A DNA stretch of 32,000 bases from Hansschlegelia zhihuaiae (GTDB taxonomy: Bacteria; Pseudomonadota; Alphaproteobacteria; Rhizobiales; Methylopilaceae): positions 9,816-41,815 of the forward strand of contig NZ_RYFI01000018.1 in assembly GCF_004103825.1 (NCBI RefSeq), read 5' to 3'. The notes under the pieces were generated by a model. It was not told the DNA's origin, did no database searches, and was given only the letters and a program-made list of their open reading frames with translations. Shown here piece by piece: positions 16,904 through 26,273 of the stretch. The position numbers and the translations under genes were made by a program. The first letter of the stretch is position 1, and each line of letters opens with the position of its first letter.

Positions 16904-17971
16904 GGCGTGGACGTCTTCGGCCGGCCTCTGGTTCGCCAGGCTGACATCGGGCGCCATCGGCCCGTCCGTCCGCACGCCCTTGCGGCTGACGCTCAGCATC
17001 TTGAGCGGGTGACGGAGCGAGTCGGCGGCGGCCGTTCCCTCGAACCCGCAATGGACCATGCAGTCGGCGCATTTCTCGTACTTGCCGACGCCGTACTGGC
17101 TCCAATCGGTGCCGTCCATCAGCTCCGCGAATGTCGAGACGTAGCCTTCGCCGACCAGGTAACACGGCTTCTGCCAGCCGAAGACGGTGCGCAGCGGCAT
17201 GGACCAGGGCGTGCACTCATAGGTCTGGTTGCCCGCGAGGAAGTCGAGGAACAATGGCGAGTTGGTGAAGCTCCAGGCCTTGCCGCCGCGTCCGCGCTTG
17301 AACAGGTCGCGGAAAAACTGACGCGTCTTCTGGCGGCTCAGGAAATGCTCCTGATCGGGCGCGCGCTCATAGGCGTATCCCGGCGAGATCGTGATCTCGA
17401 CGCCCATCTCCTGCATCTTGTCGAAGAAGCCGGCGAGCCGCTCGGGGCTCGCGCCGTCGAACACGGTGCAATTGATCTGGACGCGGAAGCCCTTCGCCTT
17501 CGCGATCTCGATCGCCTCATAGGCGACCTCGTAGACACCCGCGCGGCAGACGGAGTGATCGTGCATCGCCTTGTCGCCGTCGAGGTGGATTGACCAGGCG
17601 AAACCGGGGTCGGGCTTGTAGTCGTCGATCTTTTTCTTCAGCAGCAGCGCGTTGGTGCAAAGGATCACGAATTTCTTCTTGGCGAGGAAGCCCTTCACGA
17701 TCCGCGGCATGTCCCGGTGCAGCAGCGGTTCGCCGCCCGCGATCGACACCGCGGGCGCCCCGCATTCGTCGATCGCCTCCATGCACTGCTCGTAACTGAG
17801 CCGCTGATTGAGGATCGGATCGGGATAGTCGATCTTGCCGCAACCGGCGCAGGCGAGATTGCAGCGCAGCAACGGCTCCAGCATCAGCACCAGCGGATAT
17901 TTGCCGCCCTTGAGGTGCTGCCGGACGGCGTAACCGCCAATGCGCATCATCTGAGGGAGGGGAAGACCCAT
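16826..17971 (-). CDS. hpnH: HpnH, radical SAM adenosylhopane synthase, 381 aa.
   Basis: CNLACAGC radical-SAM motif near the N-terminus. ATG at 17971 has AGGA 9 nt upstream. The N-terminal extension to 18097 is rejected. Confidence 0.9.
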   Translation of the reverse strand: MGLPLPQMMRIGGYAVRQHLKGGKYPLVLMLEPLLRCNLACAGCGKIDYPDPILNQRLSYEQCMEAIDECGAPAVSIAGGEPLLHRDMPRIVKGFLAKKKFVILCTNALLLKKKIDDYKPDPGFAWSIHLDGDKAMHDHSVCRAGVYEVAYEAIEIAKAKGFRVQINCTVFDGASPERLAGFFDKMQEMGVEITISPGYAYERAPDQEHFLSRQKTRQFFRDLFKRGRGGKAWSFTNSPLFLDFLAGNQTYECTPWSMPLRTVFGWQKPCYLVGEGYVSTFAELMDGTDWSQYGVGKYEKCADCMVHCGFEGTAAADSLRHPLKMLSVSRKGVRTDGPMAPDVSLANQRPAEDVHASHVERELARIRAANPRAGKHVVAAE

Positions 17972-17994
17972 AGATATCGTCCTGTCGTTCCGGC

Positions 17995-18942
17995 CTATGC
18001 CCGCGCGAGCGGCATGGAAGGCGTTCTCAGCTCGCGCGGCAGGGCGAACTCCAGTTTTTCCTCGACGCCGTCGAGTTGGGAGACCTCGACCGGACAAAAC
18101 CTGCGCAACGCGGCGATCACGTCCTCGACCAGCTCGTCCGGCGCCGAGGCGCCCGCGGTGACGCCGACCACATCGACGCCGTCGAACCAGGACGGATCGA
18201 GCGCGTCGCCATTCGCGACCAGGTGGCTCGGCAGGCCGGCGTCGAGGCCGATCTCGCGCAGACGCCTCGAGTTGGAGCTGTTGTCCGAACCGACGACCAG
18301 CAGGAGTTCGGCGACCCTGCAGAGATCGCGCACCGCAGTCTGGCGGTTTTGCGTCGCGTAGCAGATTTCGGAGACGTCGGGCCCGAGCACGTCGTCGAAC
18401 CGCTCGTTGAGCGCCGCGATGATCTCGCGCGTGTCGTCGACGCTCAAGGTCGTCTGGGTGATGTAGGCGATCGGCGTGTCCACGGCGATGTCGAGCGCCG
18501 CCACGTCGTCAACCGACTGGACAAGGCGGATCGGGACGCCGACCTGACCGATCGTGCCTTCGACCTCGGCATGGCCCTCATGCCCGATCAGCACGAGCGC
18601 GCGCCCGGTCGCGCCGTAGCGCCGGCCCTGGAGATGCACCTTGGTGACGAGCGGGCATGTCGCGTCGAGCACCGGCAGGCCGCGCGCTTTGGCCTCTTCC
18701 TCGACGCGGCGGGCCACGCCGTGGGCGCTGAACACCGTCATCGCCCCGGTCGGGATTTCGGAGAGTTCGTCGACGAACACAGCGCCTTTGCGGCGCAAGG
18801 TGTTCACGACATGACGGTTGTGGACGATTTCGTGCCGCACATAGACGGGGGCGCCGTATTTCTCGAGCGCGCGCTCGACGATCTCGATGGCTCGTACGAC
18901 CCCGGCGCAGAACCCGCGTGGTTTGGCGAGAATGACTTGCAA
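17995..18942 (-). CDS. ispH: IspH/LytB, 4-hydroxy-3-methylbut-2-enyl diphosphate reductase, 315 aa.
   Basis: ..[20 protein letters not shown].. conserved N-terminus. Proposed TTG start at 18942 is preceded by GGGAGA with 6-nt spacing. The ORF-track extension to 19065 adds 41 non-conserved residues. Confidence 0.85.
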   Translation of the reverse strand: MQVILAKPRGFCAGVVRAIEIVERALEKYGAPVYVRHEIVHNRHVVNTLRRKGAVFVDELSEIPTGAMTVFSAHGVARRVEEEAKARGLPVLDATCPLVTKVHLQGRRYGATGRALVLIGHEGHAEVEGTIGQVGVPIRLVQSVDDVAALDIAVDTPIAYITQTTLSVDDTREIIAALNERFDDVLGPDVSEICYATQNRQTAVRDLCRVAELLLVVGSDNSSNSRRLREIGLDAGLPSHLVANGDALDPSWFDGVDVVGVTAGASAPDELVEDVIAALRRFCPVEVSQLDGVEEKLEFALPRELRTPSMPLARA

Positions 18943-19105
18943 CAGCAGTCTCCCTGGCAATCCCGGCGGAGTGGCGAAGCGGCGCTTGTGATCACCGAAT
19001 GCGGCTCTTTCAAATAGCCGTGAGCGCCACTTTAGGCACGCTACCACACGATCAGAAGACACCAAACGCGCAAGCGGAGAGATGCGTCGCAGCGCGTGGA
19101 CGCGC

Positions 19106-21703
19106 TCATTTCTGAACGGCGCGTTTCGAATGGTCGCGGGGCGGACCGAGCAGAGCCGGCTCGAAGATCAGCGCGCAGACGAGCGTCCAGGCGAGCGAGA
19201 TCATCAGGATCTTGCCCATGCTGGCGGTCCCGGGATGCTGCGACAGCCACAGGCTCCCGAAAGCGCTTCCCGTCGCCAAGGCGCTGAACAGCACCGCGCG
19301 CGCGAGGCTCGACTGGAGCAGATCGGTCGCGCCGCCGCGCCACGCCATGACGAAGTAGATGTGGAACGCGACCCCGACGCCGAACAGCAGCGGAAAGGCG
19401 ATGATGTTGGCGAAGTTGATCGGCTGGCCGATCAGCACGCAGGTCGCGAGCGTCAGGAATCCGGACAGCACCACCGGCGCAAGCGTGAAGGCCACTTCGC
19501 GAACGTCCCGCAAGACCACGAACAACAGCACGCTGACGAAGGCGAGGGCGAGCGCGCCGGCCTGCACGAACGCCCGCGCGACCGTATTGGCCGCCCCTTG
19601 CGTCGCGACCGGAAGACCGCTCGCGTCCGGCGCGATCGCGAGGCTCGCTTCGGTGAAGCGGGCGAGGACCCGGTTGTCGTTGCTGTCGCCGCGCGGAAAC
19701 GCCTGCACGAGAGCGCGGCCGTCCTCGGCGACCCAATCCCGCGCGATCTCGGGCGGCAGTGAGGAACGCGTCACCGGCTCAGCCTGGAGCGATGCGCGCA
19801 TCTGGGCGAGCGTCGTCTCGAGCGGCTCGATCAGCATTGCGGCTGCGCGCGCGCGTTCCGCAGGCGCCGCCTGAGCCAGTTTGTTGAATGTCTGCGCAAG
19901 CGCCTGCGCCTCGGTCGCGGGCTGAGCGGCGCGCGACGCGACCGTGCTCAGTCTGACCGCCGTGGCCTGCAGCGCGCCGACGGTCTCGGCGTCGCTCGGC
20001 GGAGCAGCTCGCTCGGGCGGGTTGATCGTCGAATCCAGCTTGAGCGCCGCCTCCCTAATTTGCGCGAGCTTCGCGGGCTGGTCGGAGGGCACGAAACTGT
20101 CGATCGTCACCACCGCGGCCACTTCGGGCAGCGCCGAGAGACGCTCCGCCACGGCGGCCGCCTTGTCGGCGTCCGCCGCCAGCAGATTGACGGTGTTGGG
20201 CGTGCGGAGCGGGTCCTGCATCAGATCGGTGAGCGCCTGCATGGCCGGGCCGTCGGGGTTGCGCAAATGCAGCGGGTTGAAGTCGAAACGGACGAGCGGC
20301 AGCAGCGCGACGCTCCCTGCCAACGACAGCGCGAACGCCCAGAGCACCGCCGCCCGGTTGCGGGCGAGCCAGCGATCGACGACCGCGGCCCTGGCGAAGC
20401 CGACCTCCCGGCGCGGGGCGCCGGGCTTCAGCAGCACGAGCAAGGCGGGCAGCAGGGTGACGCTCAGGAACAACGCGATCACCATGCCGAGCCCGGCGAT
20501 GACCCCGAGTTCCGCAATGCCGATATAGGCGGTCGGAAGAAACGCCCCGAAGCCTAGAAACACCGCCCCCGCCGCGAGCGCGAGCGGCGCGCCGAGCGCC
20601 GCGGCCGCCCGCTCCACCGCCTCGCCGACGCCGGCCCCCTCGAGCCGTTCGGCGTTGAAGCGCACGCTGATCTGAATGCCGAAGTCTACCCCCAGCCCGA
20701 CGAACAGCGGAATGAAGGCGACCGAAATCAGATTGAGGGTTCCGACCGCCAGCAAGCCGACCGCGGTGGTGATGACGAGGCCGGCGAGAATGGTCACGAC
20801 GATCGCGGCGACGATCCGCGTCGATCTCGTCGCGAACCACAGAACGGCGAGCATCGCCGCCGCCATGACGAGCCCGACAAAGCCGATATTCTCCTGAAGC
20901 GTCGCGAACTCTTCGTCGGCGAGCGGCACTTCGCCGGTCACCCGGACCGTGACGCCGTGAGCGGGGTCGAGGCCGAGCGCCGCGGCGTGGGACGAGACCG
21001 CTTCGCTCGCCGCGTCGCCCGGCTCGAGAGATCCGTAATCGAGCCTCGGCTGGACCAGGATCAACCGGCGGCGCGGCGGCGCGGCGCCGCCGGCGAAGAG
21101 CTCCTGCCATGAAAAATAGGCGGGCTCGTCGCGCATCGACTGGTCGAGGCTTCGCCGCAGGGCTCCGATCGGCGCATCGAGCTGAGCGAGCGGAGTCACG
21201 CCGTATTCGACGCCCATCAGCATCGTCGAGATCGCCGTCGTCACTCCGCGGAGCGAAGGATCGCGCGCCAGCGGACCAAGCACCGGCTGCGCCTCGATCA
21301 GCGACGCGGCGCTCGCCTTCACCTCCTCGACAGATCCGAACAGCAACCCCTGGCGGTCGAAGAACGGGCCTCCGTCGCTGCGGCGCACGCGGCGGAAATG
21401 CTCCGTAGCGGCGCTCAACCGCTCGCTGAGCCGCGCGGCCGCGCTTTCGGCGCGTTCCGGGGTCGCGCCGTCGACGATCACCAGCATCGAGTCGGCGAGA
21501 TGCGGAAACGCCGCCTCCACCGCCGCTTCGTTCCGCCGCCAATCGACGTCGAGCGAAATCAGCTCGGATGTGTCGGTCGTCATGCCGAAATTGCCGACGG
21601 CATAGAGGACCGCGCCGGCGACCGACGCGAGGCTGAGCAGCAGCACGACGACGGGGCGACGCACGCTCGCCGCGACCAGGCGGAGGATGGAGGCGGCGGT
21701 CAT
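19106..21703 (-). CDS. hpnN: HpnN, hopanoid-transporting RND-family (MMPL-like) transporter, 865 aa.
   Basis: Twelve-TM RND architecture with two large periplasmic loops. ATG at 21703. The upstream 162 codons of ORF 19106-22189 are Arg-rich out-of-frame readthrough of the dxs remnant. Confidence 0.85.
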   Translation of the reverse strand: MTAASILRLVAASVRRPVVVLLLSLASVAGAVLYAVGNFGMTTDTSELISLDVDWRRNEAAVEAAFPHLADSMLVIVDGATPERAESAAARLSERLSAATEHFRRVRRSDGGPFFDRQGLLFGSVEEVKASAASLIEAQPVLGPLARDPSLRGVTTAISTMLMGVEYGVTPLAQLDAPIGALRRSLDQSMRDEPAYFSWQELFAGGAAPPRRRLILVQPRLDYGSLEPGDAASEAVSSHAAALGLDPAHGVTVRVTGEVPLADEEFATLQENIGFVGLVMAAAMLAVLWFATRSTRIVAAIVVTILAGLVITTAVGLLAVGTLNLISVAFIPLFVGLGVDFGIQISVRFNAERLEGAGVGEAVERAAAALGAPLALAAGAVFLGFGAFLPTAYIGIAELGVIAGLGMVIALFLSVTLLPALLVLLKPGAPRREVGFARAAVVDRWLARNRAAVLWAFALSLAGSVALLPLVRFDFNPLHLRNPDGPAMQALTDLMQDPLRTPNTVNLLAADADKAAAVAERLSALPEVAAVVTIDSFVPSDQPAKLAQIREAALKLDSTINPPERAAPPSDAETVGALQATAVRLSTVASRAAQPATEAQALAQTFNKLAQAAPAERARAAAMLIEPLETTLAQMRASLQAEPVTRSSLPPEIARDWVAEDGRALVQAFPRGDSNDNRVLARFTEASLAIAPDASGLPVATQGAANTVARAFVQAGALALAFVSVLLFVVLRDVREVAFTLAPVVLSGFLTLATCVLIGQPINFANIIAFPLLFGVGVAFHIYFVMAWRGGATDLLQSSLARAVLFSALATGSAFGSLWLSQHPGTASMGKILMISLAWTLVCALIFEPALLGPPRDHSKRAVQK

Positions 21704-22023
21704 CCGATCAACGCGGCCCGTCGGCGCCCGGCGCCGTGGACGGGCGAGTCCCGCCGTCCGGTCAGAATCTTGTGCTGATAGCATTGGCGTCCGACGTCCC
21801 ACACCAGGCGGTCGCGGGGCGTGTCGAACACATAGTGGATCGCTGTGGTGAGCTCGACCACGCCAAGCCCGGCGCCGAGATGCCCGCCAGTGACCGACAC
21901 CGCCGAAATCACCTCCTGGCGCAGTTCGTCGGCCAATTGCCGAAGCTGCCGGGGCTTCAAGCGGCGGAGATCGTCGGGAGTCGGGACGAGGTCGAGCAGC
22001 GGGGTGGAAGAACCAAGGGTCAT
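21700..22023 (-). pseudogene. dxs: 5' remnant of dxs (1-deoxy-D-xylulose-5-phosphate synthase): about 92 conserved codons plus 15 unrelated codons. Its stop overlaps the hpnN start.
   Basis: [15 protein letters not shown]....[66 protein letters not shown] matches the DXS N-terminus. Full-length DXS is roughly 620-640 aa. Similarity ends near 21748. Confidence 0.8.
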
Positions 22024-22255
22024 GAATGACGCGCCCGTGTCGGATACCGGACCCTAGTTCAGCCATCGCTAAGGTCGACGACTCTTTCGCGACGCATGTG
22101 CGCCGGTCGCTGGACAGATCGTCGCGCCGACCGCGCCAATGATCCGCGCGGCATATGTGTGCTCCGGCTCGTCCGGACGGCCGCGCCAAAAATCCCCGAT
22201 CCGATAAAGCGCGAAAGCCTCAAGACCCGGAGACCACAGCGGGCGCCGCCTGCCG

Positions 22256-24097
22256 TTACGCCGCAAAAATCCCCGACGGCGTCGCGGCTTGCGCAGCTGG
22301 GCGTTGGGCGAAACGCTGAAGGACGTCGGTTGTGGCGTCGCGGTCGACGGGACGGCCGAACAGATAGCCCTGGGCGAGCTTGCAACCGAGCCGTTGCAGC
22401 TGGTCCGCCTGCTCGCGGCTCTCGACCCCTTCGGCCACGATCCGCATTCCGAGGCCCTTGGCCATTTCGAGAAGCGCCGTGACGATCACCTCGCCGGCGT
22501 CGCCCGTGGACACGCGGTCCACGAAGGACTTGTCGATTTTGATGATGTCCACGGGAAAGGTGAGGAGGTGGGTGAGGGACGCGAAGCCCGTCCCGAAATC
22601 GTCGAGCGCGACGAGCAGGCCCTCGGCGCGCAGCTCCTCCACCGCGCGGGCGACCTTGCGGTCGTTCTCGCCCATGTAGACGGACTCGGTCACCTCGAGG
22701 ATGACGTGCTTGAGCGGGGCGTCGCAGCGGGCGAACGCGGCGGAGATGCGCTCGCGCAGATCGCCCTTCTGGAAATCCGCCATCGAGACGTTGACGCCGA
22801 CATGCTGCAGCGGGATGCCGCGATCGAGCCAGTGCCTGATGTCGGCGGCGACCCGCCCCAGCATGCGGTCGGTGACGAGGCTGCCGATCGACAGGTCCTG
22901 CATCGCCTCCATGAACTGGGCCGCGGGCAAGAACTCGCCCTCTCGGGTCCGCACGCGACACAGCGCCTCGACGCCGATGATCTCCTGCGTGTCCAGCCGG
23001 ACGACCGGCTGGTAGTGCGCCTCGACGCGATCCTCCGCGAGCGCGGCCGTGACGGTCTGCAGGATCTGGAACCGCCGCGCGATGGTGCTGGCGAGGTCCT
23101 CGCCATAGAGCACGAACCCGCCCCGCGCGATCTCCTTGGCGTGATAGAGCGCGAGATCGGCGCGCTGCCGAAGCGTCGCGATATCGCAGGGGTCCGACGC
23201 CCCTGAGGTCGCGCCGCCGCACGTGACCGCCGACGCGAGCGCATGCCCGTCGCACCGGACGGGCTCCCTCATGGCCGCCAGGATTCTGGCCGCCGTCGCC
23301 GGCAGGTCGACGTCCGCGCCCTCGACCAGCACGGCGAACTCGTCGCCGCCGACCCTGAAGGCCCGCCCCGCCGCGACGTTCTGGGCGATCCGCCGCCCGA
23401 CCTCGCGGATCAGCTTGTCGCCCTTGGCGTGGCCGAGGGTGTCGTTGACGCGCTTGAGGTGGTCGACGTCGACGAACAGCAGGCCGAGACGGCCGCGCCC
23501 CGACTCATGCGCGGCGTCCAGCGTCCGGTTGAAATTCGCCCGGTTGCCGAGCTCGGTCAGCACGTCGAAATAAGCGAGCCGGTGGTTCTCGGCCCGGACC
23601 TCCTCGCGCTCGAGCAGGATCGAGCAGAGGTCCACGCATTCGGCGACGATCCGCTCCTCCTGCTCGTTTGGGCCGCGGGCTTCGGCGAAGTAGAAGCCGA
23701 ACGTGCCGATCACGCGGCCGTCGCCGTGCAGGATCGGACTGGACCAGCAGGCCCTGACGCCGAGCGGATCGAGCCGTCTCGCCAGGTCCCCGTAGGACGC
23801 CCAGCGGGGATCGGTCGAGATGTCCCGGGTGACGATCGGCTTGCGCAGAAAGGCCGCCGTGCCGCAGGACCCTACGTCCGGGCCGATCACGATCCCGTCG
23901 AGCGCCGCGGAATAGTCGTCCGGAATGCTCGGACCCGCGAGAGGGTGCAGGAGGCCGGCGCGGTCGACGGTCAGGATGGAGCACAGGGCTCCGTCCGCCA
24001 GGCTCTCCGCCCGCCGGCAGATGTGCTCCGCCGTCTCCTCGACGGAGCGCCCGCGCGCGATCATCTCCAGAATGACCTGCTGAAACTGTTCCAGCAC
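22256..24097 (-). CDS. GAF-GGDEF-EAL protein (c-di-GMP diguanylate cyclase / phosphodiesterase), 613 aa; GTG start.
   Basis: N-terminal GAF-like region, then an intact GGDEF (RVGGDEFAVL). EAL-domain motifs are also present: GVEALCR, DDFGTG, EGVE, QGYLFG. Confidence 0.9.
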   Translation of the reverse strand: MLEQFQQVILEMIARGRSVEETAEHICRRAESLADGALCSILTVDRAGLLHPLAGPSIPDDYSAALDGIVIGPDVGSCGTAAFLRKPIVTRDISTDPRWASYGDLARRLDPLGVRACWSSPILHGDGRVIGTFGFYFAEARGPNEQEERIVAECVDLCSILLEREEVRAENHRLAYFDVLTELGNRANFNRTLDAAHESGRGRLGLLFVDVDHLKRVNDTLGHAKGDKLIREVGRRIAQNVAAGRAFRVGGDEFAVLVEGADVDLPATAARILAAMREPVRCDGHALASAVTCGGATSGASDPCDIATLRQRADLALYHAKEIARGGFVLYGEDLASTIARRFQILQTVTAALAEDRVEAHYQPVVRLDTQEIIGVEALCRVRTREGEFLPAAQFMEAMQDLSIGSLVTDRMLGRVAADIRHWLDRGIPLQHVGVNVSMADFQKGDLRERISAAFARCDAPLKHVILEVTESVYMGENDRKVARAVEELRAEGLLVALDDFGTGFASLTHLLTFPVDIIKIDKSFVDRVSTGDAGEVIVTALLEMAKGLGMRIVAEGVESREQADQLQRLGCKLAQGYLFGRPVDRDATTDVLQRFAQRPAAQAATPSGIFAA

Positions 24098-24241
24098 GCA
24101 GAGATCCCAATATTGCCGCCTGAGGACAGTCGCCGTGCGACTGTTAAGTTTCGTTTACGGCTTGGTATCAGGAAATGGACTTCAGGGCCTTGGGGCGCTG
24201 AGTGATTCCGACGCAGCCCGGACGCTCCGCCTCCTTCGTTT

Positions 24242-25114
24242 TCAGAGCGACTGCCGATCGGCCGCGGCCAGCTCCGAGATGGTTCGGACATATCGCTGGG
24301 ACACCGGCGCGGTCAGCCCGTTCCTGAGCTGGAGCCGCCCGACGCGGCCGGTCCGCTCGAAGCTCTCGATGGCGTCGGTCGCCACCCACCATGATCGATG
24401 CGACTGCGCCCCGGGCGTCGGCGCCGCGTCCTGGATGGCGTCGCCGAGCCTCATCAGGACCAGGACCGAGCCGCGATCCGTATGAACGCGGACATAGTGG
24501 TCCTCCATCTCGAGGCAAATGATCGGCGCTCGAAGAGCGGGCGGAAGTCTTTCCGCCAGGCGGCTGACGAGCGGCGCGACGCTCTCCGGGGCTTCGCCGC
24601 CCCGCACGGCTTCCTGTTCGGCGGTCGCGGGGGCTTCGGCCAGCGCGACGACGTCTCTTCGGTCGACTTCGCGCGGCGCCTCGCGTGCGACGGACGACGA
24701 CCCCAGTATCCCGTCCGACAGAATGACCACGCCGGTGCAGACGAGCACGATCTGCCAGTACATCTCGATCAGTTCCGGCAGCGTGGCTCGCCAACCGAGC
24801 AGCGCGGTCGTGGCCGGCGCCACGACCAGAAGCATCGGAAGCGACGCGACGCCGATGAGACAGGCGCGCCTCGCCCAGAGCCCCGCGTTCCGATAGGCGC
24901 GCAGCGTCCGCAGCCCGTGTTCGACCAGGGCCGCCACGATGAACCAGCACGCCAGCAGCCCGGCCCAGTAGCCGAGCTTCGGCAGAAACTCCGACTCGTC
25001 CGTCCTGAACGGTCCGACATAGGCGAAGGCGAGGCCGAGGCCCAACGCCAGACCAAGCTCGCCGACCCGTTGGCGAAGCCACGATTCGACAGGAAATTTC
25101 GCGAATTCACGCAT
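24242..25114 (-). CDS. Membrane-anchored LytTR-domain DNA-binding protein, 290 aa.
   Basis: About four N-terminal hydrophobic helices and a C-terminal LytTR-like segment (ICLEMEDHYVRVHTDRGSVLVLMRLGDAIQ...SHRSWWV). ATG at 25114 is preceded by GGGGGAG. Confidence 0.75.
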   Translation of the reverse strand: MREFAKFPVESWLRQRVGELGLALGLGLAFAYVGPFRTDESEFLPKLGYWAGLLACWFIVAALVEHGLRTLRAYRNAGLWARRACLIGVASLPMLLVVAPATTALLGWRATLPELIEMYWQIVLVCTGVVILSDGILGSSSVAREAPREVDRRDVVALAEAPATAEQEAVRGGEAPESVAPLVSRLAERLPPALRAPIICLEMEDHYVRVHTDRGSVLVLMRLGDAIQDAAPTPGAQSHRSWWVATDAIESFERTGRVGRLQLRNGLTAPVSQRYVRTISELAAADRQSL

Positions 25115-25256
25115 CGCGAACCAGCTCCCCCACTGAAATCTCAGCGCGATCACGAAGCATTCGGCGCAACGGCGAACGCGCTCTCGCGGATCGCCGTGGC
25201 GGCCGGTCATAGCTCTCCCCGTCGCGCCGGTCCGTTCGGCGGCGGGGAGAAAAAGC

Positions 25257-26096
25257 GTGATGGGAAATTTCCGGACGCAGGTCGGCATAGCGGCGATTTT
25301 GGCCAGCATCGGGGCGTCTTCGGTGAAGGGCGCGGATATTTACAACGAGAGCCCGCCCGACGCCGCTCTCGTCCCGAACGAGCGCGTGGTTTCCGCCTTT
25401 GTCGCGGCCGGCGCCGGCTTCGCGCCCGAATATGAAGGATCGGACAAATACAAGGTCGTCCCGTTCGCGTTCGCGAACCTGAAATGGCAGGGCGTCGAAC
25501 TCCAGCTTCGCGGCCTGCAGGCGAGGATCGACGCGCTGGGCGACAGCGCGTGGGACATCGGGCCGGTCGTCAAATACCGCGGCAAGCGCGACGACGACGT
25601 CGACGGGCCGGTGAGACGGCTGGACGAGATCGACGCCGCGGTCGAGGTCGGCGGCTTCATCGGCTACAAGTTCGGCGGCGACGAGACCGGCCAGGGCGAG
25701 ATCGGCCTCGAGGCGTCCCTCCTGCGCGACGTCGCGGACGCGCATGACGGGTTCGTGGCGATCGCCCAACTGTCCTACGCCGCGCTGAAATGGGGGCCGC
25801 TCTACGCCAATGTCGACGCGCAGACGACTTACGCCAGCAAAGAGTTCAACCGCACCTATTTCGGCGTGACCCAATCCGGATCCGTAGCTTCCGGACTTCG
25901 CGCCTATCGGCCGGGCGCCGGCTTCAAAGACGTCAGCGCGGGCCTGACGGTCGGCTACCAGATCAACGAGCGATGGGGCGTCCTCGGCCGCGCGAGCGTG
26001 ACCCGCTATGTCGGCGACGCGGCGGACAGCCCGATCGTCAAGGATGGCTCGGAGACCGCAGGTCTTTTCGGTCTCGCGGTCTCGTACCGCTACTGA
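25257..26096 (+). CDS. mipA: MipA/OmpV-family outer-membrane beta-barrel protein (start GTG 25257 or ATG 25260).
   Basis: Signal peptide (..AAILASIGASSVKG/AD), APEYEGSD and YFGV motifs, C-terminal ..AVSYRY. GGGGAGA RBS at 25244-25250. Confidence 0.8.
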   Translation: MMGNFRTQVGIAAILASIGASSVKGADIYNESPPDAALVPNERVVSAFVAAGAGFAPEYEGSDKYKVVPFAFANLKWQGVELQLRGLQARIDALGDSAWDIGPVVKYRGKRDDDVDGPVRRLDEIDAAVEVGGFIGYKFGGDETGQGEIGLEASLLRDVADAHDGFVAIAQLSYAALKWGPLYANVDAQTTYASKEFNRTYFGVTQSGSVASGLRAYRPGAGFKDVSAGLTVGYQINERWGVLGRASVTRYVGDAADSPIVKDGSETAGLFGLAVSYRY

Positions 26097-26224
26097 CGTC
26101 CTCGCTGCGGCCGGCGCGGCCTTCGGCCGGCAGGCCCTCGGCTCGCGCGGAAAACCAATTTCAAGGATCGGGCGACGACGCGCCGTGCTTGCGTCCCCAC
26201 GCGGCGCAATCGAGAGCCCGACCG

Positions 26225-26256
26225 CCGATGGCCGCCGTTTCGTCGGCGGCCATCGG
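26225..26256 (+). terminator. Perfect 13-bp stem / 6-nt loop hairpin between mipA and the CYTH-CHAD gene.
   Basis: CCGATGGCCGCCG-tttcgt-CGGCGGCCATCGG, followed by tccggatttgtg (weak U-tract). Ends 18 nt before the ATG at 26274. Confidence 0.45.
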
Positions 26257-26273
26257 TCCGGATTTGTGAAACC

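Noticed and set aside
21700-22023. A functional short DXS-like protein.
   Set aside because: It covers only about 15 percent of the enzyme. It lacks the TPP-binding and transketolase-like domains, and the conserved GHQ histidine is replaced by Arg. It is treated as a remnant that may still be translated.
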